The position numbers and the translations under genes were made by a program. Below, piece after piece: positions 1 through 7,224 of a DNA stretch of 9,746 nucleotides (position 1 is its first letter; every line of letters begins with the position of its first letter). The notes beneath the pieces were generated by a model. It made no database searches and had not been told where the DNA came from. It worked only from the letters and a program-made list of their open reading frames with translations. The stretch covers positions 1 to 9,746 of the forward strand of contig NW_021827881.1 in assembly GCF_006345805.1 (NCBI RefSeq), read 5' to 3'. Source of the stretch: Octopus sinensis (Eukaryota).

Positions 1-105
1 TTTGACACAAATATATATATTTTAACATTTAAGCCTTCTGTCGTTTTTTCACACTTTACTATTTCTTATATATTCCCACGTGCTTTACCAAACAAACTTT
101 CTTTC

Positions 106-136
<31 letters not shown>

Positions 137-172
137 ATGTATATTTACACACATATATATTGTGTATATATA
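106..172. repeat. (TA)n/(TATG)n microsatellite
   Basis: Direct reading: tatatatatatatatatatatatgtatgtatatgtat... Confidence 0.9.
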
Positions 173-285
173 TCGGAATGGAATATAAGAACAAAAGAAA
201 CATCGAAAGGATATTCATGGACGTATTCCATACATCTCTCACTATTTTTGCTCAACTCAGGCCTCATCAGATTATATATTTTGCA

Positions 286-426
286 GTTTAAGCTCCGTCG
301 AAGCCCAATTTGTCTTTCATTCTTTTAGAGTCGATGAAATAAGTGTCAATTGGGCAGTGGGGGCGGGGGTCAATGTAATCGATTTTTTCTCTTCCAGACC
401 GCACGTCTATAGTAGAAAAAAATATT
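286..426 (+). mobile_element. Decayed SINE body and 3' end, head missing (same family as the copies at 5069, 6660, 8626, 8826 and 9078)
   Basis: ttgtctttcattcttttagagtcgatgaaataag...gggtcaatgtaatcga...tctatagtagaaaa matches the minus-strand copy at 8826-9033 (ttgcctttc..ggggttgataaaataagtacc...gatgtaatcaac...tctacaatagaaaa). It also resembles a common Octopus SINE (recalled). Confidence 0.65.
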
Positions 427-488
427 TTGAAGACTTCCGTAGCCTAGCAGAGGACGAAACCCTCTCAGTCGAGTTAATGTTATTGGTA

Positions 489-833
489 AAGACAAGACAG
501 ATCAGATGCGTCCTTGCAGCGTGCTGCTATATTCATAATTTCTTGGGATATTCCTAGGTCCTTCGCGGCGACTTGTTGAGCAGAGTCCCGGTCAATCTCC
601 ATCTTCGCCAGATACCCCTTCACCTGCCGTGGTCATGCATCATGTGCTCGATCAACACGAGCCCTCAACCCAGCCGGATTTTCAGTAAAGAGAACATGGT
701 AAGCAGAGTCCAACTCGGAAAATCGCACAACACGGCCAAACAGTCCGAACTGGCGCTCTCGAATCATACAAGTAACAGAACGGTTCACAGTTTCTGAGTA
801 GAGTTGCTAGTTGGATGAACTAGAACATTTATA
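489..833 (-). mobile_element. RTE-clade LINE, degenerate 3' end of ORF2 (region C-terminal to the reverse transcriptase)
   Basis: A single minus frame gives YKCSSSSN*QLYSETVNRSVTCMIRERQFGLFGRVVRFSELDSAYHVLF...A*PRQVKGYLAKMEIDRDSAQQVAAKDL...AARCKDAS. This resembles the RTE C-terminal pattern (GYxWxDFVSN..L..ET...VTC.IRERQLRLFGHVAR....DPAH.VL...TWLRQ). Stops at 809-807 and 635-633. A short degenerate tandem tail lies near 489-506. Confidence 0.75.
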
Positions 834-1672
834 GGTTCATTGGACAAGAGTGTTTGTCACTATCGATATCTGAGCAGGTAAAAACATTTAACATGAAATC
901 GAAGCTCAACCAAAGCTAACGGATGACACGGATTCCCGTTATTATAATGCATCTCGATTGCGGCTGTTTAAAGAAAACGTGTATCGGGTACCGTTTCTGC
1001 CACCAGTGAATGTCATAGACAATTTTATTGTTGCTTGCCTGGGTATTTGGTATAAGAATTGGATCTGTGGATAAATCTGCATACGATTTCATGAAACGTC
1101 TCTCAATTCCTGTGGGAAAAAGGACCAGAACTCACAAAGCAAAGGTTAAAAACAGCCGAGAAGAGTTCGAACTGGAGGAATGGAAATGAATTTCTAATCG
1201 CATAATTTACCTTTCGTTCAACTGGTGTCCTGGATCGAAACGGTTACATCAAAGGTACCTTGGCTCCACTAAGGAAGATTCAGATTGTCATACACACAGT
1301 TGCAAACGGGTATCCAGTAGAGGGTATCTTGATGCAACCCGGCTCCCTTAGAGTGTGACGAGTTCAGGGCTGGAACACTTGTATGTTGTGTGTCTGTGGG
1401 TGGGGGTGGGGGTCGGAGTTTCTTCTTCTCTGAAGGCCTTCTACTTTTCATCTCGCTCAACAACTTCTTAGTGCAGAAGAAAATGGAGATACAGCATTTA
1501 ATAAAGATCTATTATCAGCAAAAATCAAACATAGTTTCTTACAGCTGTTTCAATTAAGCCCAATAAAGATTAAATAATATTAAAATCATCTTTTTGGGCA
1601 AAATCTCTTCAGAGGCGTAGAAAAAGATATACCCTTAGGCCTTTCATTGTTGGACCATAGAGTCATCATAGC

Positions 1673-1868
1673 AATATATATACATACATACATAATACAT
1701 ACATACATACATACATATATATATATAATAAATATATATATATATATATAATATATATATTATTATATATCATACATATACATATATATATATATATGTA
1801 CCCTATATATCTATATATATTATGTATTGTATGTATGTAGGTATGTATATATGTATGTATGTTATATA
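1673..1868. repeat. (TACA)n/(TA)n/(TATG)n compound microsatellite
   Basis: Direct reading; it runs up to the left TA of the mariner. Confidence 0.9.
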
Positions 1869-1898
1869 TCAGGTCATCTCATAAGTTCTGTCTGATTT
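1869..1898 (+). repeat. Mariner left TIR
   Basis: tcaggtcatctcataagttctgtctgattt matches the reverse complement of 3124-3153 (tcaggtcatcacataagttctgtccgaatt) at 27/30 positions. Confidence 0.93.
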
Positions 1899-2052
1899 TA
1901 CCTTTTTTAAAATTGAATGAAATATAATAGTATTTTAGAATGTCTAGTACAATTAAAAATTATTTTTATGCATTTGTGTACATTTAAACTAATTAAATAT
2001 TATTTTACAGAATAATAGAATTAAGATTTCTTTGATTAAAACCTTTTCTAAC

Positions 2053-3079
2053 ATGGAAGTATCCAAAGAGCATTTAAGGCACATAATGCTTTATGAGTAC
2101 AAAAAGGAAACTCTGCAGCCGAAGCGACCCGAAACATACACTCAGTTTATGGGAAAGAATGCTTGAATGAAAGAACTTGCAGAAGATGGTTTGCAAAATT
2201 CAGAAGTGGAGATTTCAGCCTTGAAGATGAAGATCGAACAGGATGCCCAGTTGAGTTTGATGATTAGCTCCTTGAGGCATTACTTGAAGAAAATCCTTCA
2301 TAATCAGTTGAAGAATTGGCAATAAAGCTTAGTTCAAACCATACAACTGTTCATCGTCATCTTCAACAACTTAGAAAGGTTCATAAACTTGGAAAATGGG
2401 TGCCTCATGAATTGTCCGAAAGCAACTGCAAATCACGAGTTGACATCTGCTCTTCTCTCCATTCTCGCGAACTCATTTCACCATTTATGGATAGACTTGT
2501 GACTGGTGACGAAAAATGGATCTTCTATTGAAATGTTAAACGTCGTAAATAGTGGCTTGGTAAAAGGGAAAAAGCTCAAACACAACCGAGAAGGAAACTT
2601 CATGGGAAAAAGGTTCTTCTCTCTATCTGGTGGGATTGCAAAGGAGTAATTCACTTTGAATTATTACCACTAAATGCAACAATCAATGCTCAAGTCTACT
2701 GTCAGCAATTAGAGCGTTTGAACCAAGCTTTGAAGAAAAACAGACCCGCTTTAGTGAATCGAAAAGGAGTGATGTTTCATCAGGACAATGTGCGACCCCA
2801 CACAGCAAAGATCACATCACAGAAGATCGAAGAGCTTGGTTGGGAAAAATTCCTCATCCACCTTATTCTCCTGACCTTGCTCCTTCAGACTACCATTTGT
2901 TTCGTAGTTTACTGAATCATTTGAGGCACATAAATTTCGCAATCCTGGAGGAGGTCGAAACTAACATTTCAGAGTTCTTCGCTTTGAAACCAAAAGAGTT
3001 TTACATTAATGGGATTAAAAAGCTTGTAAATAGATGGAAGGAAGTCATAGATAATCAGGGAAAGTACAGTGATGATTAA
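2053..3079 (+). pseudogene. Mariner transposase pseudogene
   Basis: ATG at 2053 (MEVSKEHLRHIMLYEY). Reconstruction gives GNSAAEATRNI..., RTCRRWFAKFRSGDFSLED, WVPHEL, LVTGDEKW, WWDCKG, FHQDNVRPH and HPPYSPDLAPSDYHLF, with 34 residues between the 2nd and 3rd catalytic D. Frameshifts at about 2104 and 2848; in-frame stops at 2265, 2301, 2529 and 2550. Confidence 0.97.
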
Positions 3080-3123
3080 ATTTCAATTAAATATAACATT
3101 TGATCACTTGTTTTTCTATTCAA

Positions 3124-3153
3124 AATTCGGACAGAACTTATGTGATGACCTGA
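3124..3153 (-). repeat. Mariner right TIR
   Basis: Inverted match to 1869-1898, followed by TA. Confidence 0.93.
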
Positions 3154-3345
3154 TATATATAATATATATATATATATATTATATATTATATATATATATA
3201 TATTATTAGTGAATTGAAGAAATGGAGTTGAACGAAGATTGAACAGAAATCGTTTTATTGCATTCTACACGTGTTTTCGATTATTCATCTTTCTATTTCA
3301 CACAAAAAAAAAAAATATATATATATATAATATTAACACTGACAT

Positions 3346-3385
<40 letters not shown>

Positions 3386-3400
3386 TATTATTATTATTAA
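3154..3400. repeat. (TA)n, poly-A and (TTA)n tracts surrounding a roughly 100-bp non-repetitive segment (about 3206-3303)
   Basis: Direct reading. Confidence 0.85.
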
Positions 3401-3465
3401 GTTTGAAAACGGAGAGCTCTAATTGATACAAATTAATTAATTAATTAATTAACATCTTCACCTAC

Positions 3466-3622
3466 AATTGTTTCATTTCGCATCCAATTTAAACTAAAAG
3501 AACATATATAAATATATAATCTTGCATTTCAAAATACATTGGGTGGAAAATCATCAATGCAAGAATATATATTTATATAAGTATTTTTTTTTCGTTTAAA
3601 TTGGATGCGAAACGAAACAATT
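3466..3622. repeat. 157-bp foldback (nested inverted repeat)
   Basis: Outer arms 3466-3494 and 3594-3622 match at 28/29. Inner arms 3505-3528 and 3556-3579 match at 23/24. The central loop 3529-3555 is 27 nt. Confidence 0.92.
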
Positions 3623-4058
3623 CCTCCTTGAATTCCTTCTCACAAACTGACATTGAAAAAAGAAGCTCCAATCATGCTTTTGAGAAATCTGGATCCCGCA
3701 AAGCCGTGCAAAGGAACAAGACTGATTGTTAGGCAAATACATCCACATCTTTTGAAAGCAGCAATCCTCACTAAACAAGGGAATAAATGTGTTTATTCCA
3801 AGAATTCCACCGATTCCTGCAGACACGCCTTTTCAATTCAAGAGACTTCAATTTCCAAGCAGAATTAGTTAATCAATGTCTATTAACAAGCCTCAAGTAC
3901 AATCACCGAAAATTGTTGGACATTACCTCATACAGCAGTGCTTCTCTGAAGGTCAGTTCTGTCTTTGTTGTTCCAGAGATGGAAATGGCAACAGTCTCTT
4001 CATATTCACACCAAATGATAAAACCAAGAATATTGTTCAACCTGCTGCTTTACAGTGA
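3623..4058 (+). pseudogene. Helitron RepHel fragment: C-terminal PIF1-family helicase region
   Basis: PP*IPSHKLTLKKEAPIMLLRNLDPAKPCKGTRLIV, then a frameshift near 3775, then VFIPRIPPIPADTPFQFKRLQFPSRIS*SMSINKPQVQS...CFSEGQFCLCCSR...KTKNIVQPAALQ*. This matches the Helitron helicase pattern (PPH.L.LK.GAPIMLLRNL, CNGTRL, FKRLQFP, MSINK.QGQS, FSHGQLYVA.SR, TKN.VY). Stops at 3629 and 3870. Confidence 0.93.
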
Positions 4059-4255
4059 TCTCCAAATGTCAAAGTGATGCAAGATTCCCCAAATGTGATA
4101 CTCTGTGATATAAATCTGAGATGCTAGGATACCAATAAATGGTTTATTATTATTTCTCTCTTTAGTTTTGAGCTGCAGACCCAATTTGCCCTCCACGGGA
4201 GCTAGCTTAAAAGTCTGAACATAATGCGGCTTTTAAGCTAATATATAATATAATA

Positions 4256-4881
4256 CAGGGTGTTTAAAAAGTCTCCCTGCAGTGAATCTTTTCATCCTAC
4301 GCATGCGCAACTTGGTTATGACTGCGTGGGTGACCGGGTGTCAGCCACTGTCCCTCAGTTATTGTGTACCCTTCAGCGTGTCGACATGCTAACCATTGAA
4401 GAACACACGTTTTTCGTTGAAACTGTGGTTTCGAGCTGGAAACAAATACACAGATACTGTGAAACAAAGGTTCAGTGAAACATTTCCAAATACCGTTGTT
4501 CTACATCGTGACACTATGCGGGATTTGATAAGAAAATGGAGAAACACAGGCTTAGTGGAAGGCACAGCAAGAAGTGGTAGGCTTACTGTTCTTTCAGACG
4601 AAACACTGCAATATTTCTGATAAACTGTTGGCAAGCCCGTCAAAGTACTTATACAAATTGTCACAGGAAACTGAAATCAGCCTAGGAAGTGCTCATACGG
4701 CAGTAAAAAAGAAATTAAATTTTATGTATTGAAAATGAAGGACGACACTTTCAACACCTCTTATGAAACTTTTTTAAAGTCTTGTAAAGTCTAATATATT
4801 CTTTTGAAGTCTTATACGATCTAATAAATTTTTATTTTACAATAAAATTCTTAGTGCGGAGAGACGTTTTTGAACCCCCTG
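4256..4881 (+). mobile_element. Internally deleted non-autonomous Tc1/mariner-superfamily element, 626 bp
   Basis: Left TIR cagggtgtttaaaaagtctccctgcagt (4256-4283) versus the reverse complement of 4853-4881, cagggggttcaaaaacgtctctccgcact (5 substitutions, 1 indel). TA at 4254-4255 and 4882-4883. Transposase remnants inside. Confidence 0.9.
4386..4766 (+). pseudogene. Transposase remnant: N-terminal helix-turn-helix region (DUF4817-like) joined directly to the extreme C-terminus; catalytic domain deleted
   Basis: MLTIEEHTFFVE / FRAGNKYTDTVKQRFSETFPNTVVLHRDTMRDLIRKWRNTGLVEGTARSGR / ISDKLLASPSKYLYKLSQETEISLGSAHTAVKKKLNF, with frameshifts at about 4422 and 4610. From 4725 it reads CIENEGRHFQHLL*, a typical C-terminus of this group. 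Confidence 0.85.
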
Positions 4882-5070
4882 TATAATACAATATAATATA
4901 ATATAATATAATATAATATAATATAATATAATATAATATAATTATATAATAATATATAATATAATATAATATAATACAATATAATATAAATATAATATAA
5001 TATAATATAATATAATATAATATAATATAATATAATATAATATAATATAATATAATATAATATAATATAA
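4882..5070. repeat. (TATAA)n pentanucleotide microsatellite
   Basis: Direct reading. Confidence 0.95.
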
Positions 5071-5137
5071 GGTGGCAAGCTGGCAGACTCGTTAGCGAGC
5101 CCGGCGAAATGCTTAGCGGTATTTCGTCCGTCCTTAC
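5069..5137 (+). mobile_element. SINE 5' head, 3'-truncated
   Basis: aaggtggcaagctggcagactcgttagcgagcccggcgaaatgcttagcggtatttcgtccgtccttac aligns with the head of the minus copy at 9033 (aaggcaacaagttgccagaatcgttactacgctcggcaaaatgcttagc). Confidence 0.75.
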
Positions 5138-5404
5138 TTCACTTTTTTACTATACGATGCGGATAAGAATGGATCTTGTTTTAAAACTAAATGGTGACAG
5201 CAACTGACGTGTTCCAGCCTTATAAAACCTCCTTAGCTAAGACTGAACCACGGAGCTCTTAGAAAGTGTTTTTAGACATCATTCAATATAATTAAATACG
5301 TTGACTTTTAAACAAACGAGAGTTATGGAAGTTGGTTAGAAACGAAATAGCACGGAACAAGTTCTGGATCTGGTAAAAGAGTGGAAGAGAATTTCCATAG
5401 AAAC

Positions 5405-5477
5405 AGCAACAACAACAAGAACATTAGCAGTGACACAACCACCAGCACCACCATCAGCACCACCACCATCACAACCA
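5405..5477. repeat. (AAC)/(ACC)/(AGC) degenerate triplet repeat
   Basis: Direct reading; it continues as (CAC)n after the LINE insertion. Confidence 0.8.
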
Positions 5478-5633
5478 GAGGACGCACACTCTCCTACCCT
5501 GATGTAATCTCCAGGGATACAGGCATCCAGCAACAGGACCTCCGTAATGCCATGATGGACCGTAAAGTCTGGCGTAGCATGGTAAATTCCATTGTCTCGA
5601 CCACGGTCGAACAATGATGATGATGATGATGAT
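5478..5633 (+). mobile_element. 5'-truncated RTE-type LINE 3' end with (TGA)n tail
   Basis: Encodes RGRTLSYPDVISRDTGIQQQDLRNAMMDRKVWRSMVNSIVSTTVEQ*, similar to RTE C-termini (..DR..WR..V). The stop codon runs into a (TGA)n tail, and the fragment is flanked by the direct repeat ATCACAACCA (5468-5477 and 5632-5641). Recalled as a common Octopus LINE end. Confidence 0.85.
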
Positions 5634-5973
5634 CACAACCACCACCATCACCACCACCACCACCATCACCACCACCACCACCACCACCACCACCACCACC
5701 ACCACTACCACCACCACCACCACCACCACCACCTCCATCATCATCACCACTATCACTATCCCCCACCTCCTCCTCCTCCTCCTCCTCCTCCTCCTCATCA
5801 TCATCATCATCACTACTTTTTCTTCTCTGACTTCTCTACTTCTTTCTGGTTCTTCAAATTCTTTTCTTTCTTTTTTTCCTTCTTTCCTTCAGTCGCATTT
5901 CCGTTTTTCCTTCTTTCTTCTTTCCCTCCTTCGCCATTCTTTTTTTCTTCTTCTCTCTCCTCCTCTTCTTTTT
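5634..5973. repeat. (CAC)n/(CAT)n/(CCT)n compound microsatellite followed by a CT-rich low-complexity tract
   Basis: Direct reading. Confidence 0.93.
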
Positions 5974-6054
5974 ACCTGTCGGCAATTCAGGTGGATTGTA
6001 GTTATTTGGTAGAACTCTGCTGCACAGGCGTGGAAATGTTGGTGAAGTCTTTTA

Positions 6055-6330
6055 CTACTACTGCTGCTGCTGTTGTTGTTGTTGTTGTTATTGGGGATGT
6101 TAGTAATGGTGGTGGTGGTGGTGGTGGTAGTGGTGATCACGATGACAACGGTGATAACGATGATGACGTTCATTGTATTAGTCATAGTTATAATATTGAT
6201 GATAATGATGCCGATGATGATGATGATGATGATGCCGATGATGATGATGATGATGATGATGATGACGACGACGACAACGACGACGATGATGATGATGATA
6301 ATGATGACGACGACGATGATGATGATGATT
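6055..6330. repeat. (CTA)/(CTG)/(TTG)/(GGT)/(GAT)/(GAC) compound microsatellite
   Basis: Direct reading. Confidence 0.92.
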
Positions 6331-6351
6331 ACGAAAATAGCGACAATTTTA

Positions 6352-6435
6352 AGATCGATTCATTCGTCCAAAAAGAAATTCTTGAAGGCGCTGCCCCAGC
6401 ATGGCCGCAGTCTAATGTCTGAAACAAGCAAAAAT
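6352..6435 (+). mobile_element. SINE 3' tail fragment
   Basis: cttgaaggcgctgccccagcatggccgcagtctaatgtctgaaacaag matches the reverse complement of about 6978-7028 (ttcaaggcggtgccacagcatggccgcagtcacatgactgaaacaag). Confidence 0.75.
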
Positions 6436-6659
6436 TAAGAGAGAAAAGATAATCCCTCCACTTATGCATTTAGAGGCCTTGGCAAGATTTTCGAGGAAGA
6501 TTAGCAGATGAATGCAAATCTCTCTCATTTACCACCAATGTTTGTCCAAGAGGAAAAGCCTCCAGTTTGGGCTGATAAAGTTTAGTACCAGTGTCATCAC
6601 AAGCGTTGCTGTTAGAAAGTAAAAGGCCAGAACAGATGCCCTAAAGTGCTTCCTCAGCC

Positions 6660-6832
6660 CCTTACCATTTCCGACATTCAGTTGCCTTACATTGGTACTC
6701 ATTGACTGATCCCCCCAAAAGAATGAAAGATATACTGACATCGGTGGGTTTTGAACTCACAGAGCAGAAAGACGGAACAAGCACCGTGGTTCAGTCAATC
6801 CAACGTTTTAACCAGTCTGCCATTTCGCCATT
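6660..6832 (-). mobile_element. Decayed tRNA-derived SINE (same family as 8826-9033)
   Basis: Minus strand reads tggcgaaatggcagactggttaaaacg...gtgagttcaaaacccaccgatgtc...tctttcattcttttggggggatcagtcaatgagtaccaa, with A-box-like and B-box-like (GAGTTCAAA) motifs and the family body. Confidence 0.65.
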
Positions 6833-7075
6833 TTTGTAACTACCGTACAATTTGGAATATTTGAATTTAGTGCTTACCAACATGGAACTAGTTTCTTCGC
6901 TGTTTCCTTCTCGTCCTTGCACCAACGAATGCCCCCTAGTGACTTCCTTGGCACACACTTGTCCAAATCATTTACCTTTCCCTTGTTTCAGTCATGTGAC
7001 TGCGGCCATGCTGTGGCACCGCCTTGAACAATCTTAAGTCCAATGACCTAATAGCAGAACTTATTATTTTTTCGA

Positions 7076-7121
7076 CATTGTTGTTGTGTTGTTGTCGTCG
7101 TTGTTGTTGTTGTCGTCGTCG

Positions 7122-7153
<32 letters not shown>

Positions 7154-7165
7154 CTTCTTCTTCTT

Positions 7166-7196
<31 letters not shown>

Positions 7197-7218
7197 TTAT
7201 TATTATTATTATTATTAT
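7076..7218. repeat. (GTT/GTC)n-(CTT)n-(ATT)n compound microsatellite
   Basis: Direct reading. Confidence 0.95.
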
Positions 7219-7224
7219 CCACGG

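Larger units (their letters stand above)
1869..3153 (+). mobile_element. Full-length inactivated mariner transposon (DD34D), 1285 bp
   Basis: TIRs of about 30 bp, TA dinucleotides at 1867-1868 and 3154-3155, and a complete transposase pseudo-ORF inside. Size is typical of mariners. Confidence 0.97.

Noticed and set aside
240-275. CTGATGA hammerhead core on the minus strand (264-270)
   Set aside because: It is followed by ggcctgagttgagcaaaa, with no paired stem II, no GAAA, and no stem I or III partner.
80-328. 82-aa ORF, and likewise 4851-5078 and 7024-7302
   Set aside because: Translations of (TA)n, (TATAA)n and triplet repeats.
573-797. Plus-strand 74-aa ORF, and likewise 3596-3826 and 4389-4664 on the minus strand
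   Set aside because: Antisense shadows of the RTE, Helitron and Tc1/mariner coding remnants.
1558-1599. 12-bp AT-rich hairpin with one bulge
   Set aside because: Expected by chance in AT-rich DNA, with no supporting context.
3522-3562. Box C/D-like motif in the foldback loop (minus strand TGATGA...TTGA closed by a stem)
   Set aside because: Only about 18 nt separate the boxes, box D is non-canonical, and the stem is explained by the foldback.
5300-5395. Minus-strand splice acceptor at 5371-5370
   Set aside because: All three frames reach a stop within about 26 codons and the nearest donor is weak. The pyrimidine tract is just the complement of purine-rich DNA.
5592-6422. 276-aa His/Pro/Asp-rich ORF and overlapping ORFs (5336-5614, 5469-5813, 5494-5766, 5614-6012, 5889-6185, 6073-6438)
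   Set aside because: These are stop-free frames through triplet microsatellites. The ORF starts inside a LINE stub and ends in a SINE tail, with no domain-like sequence.
6475-6600. Possible very decayed plus-strand SINE (gggctgataaagtttagtaccagt), and a similar hint at 9480-9580
   Set aside because: Only one short motif aligns by eye, too weak to call.
6871-6975. Minus-strand donor TTG|GTAAGC at 6878
   Set aside because: No credible acceptor upstream, the region abuts a SINE tail, and the peptides are unrecognised.
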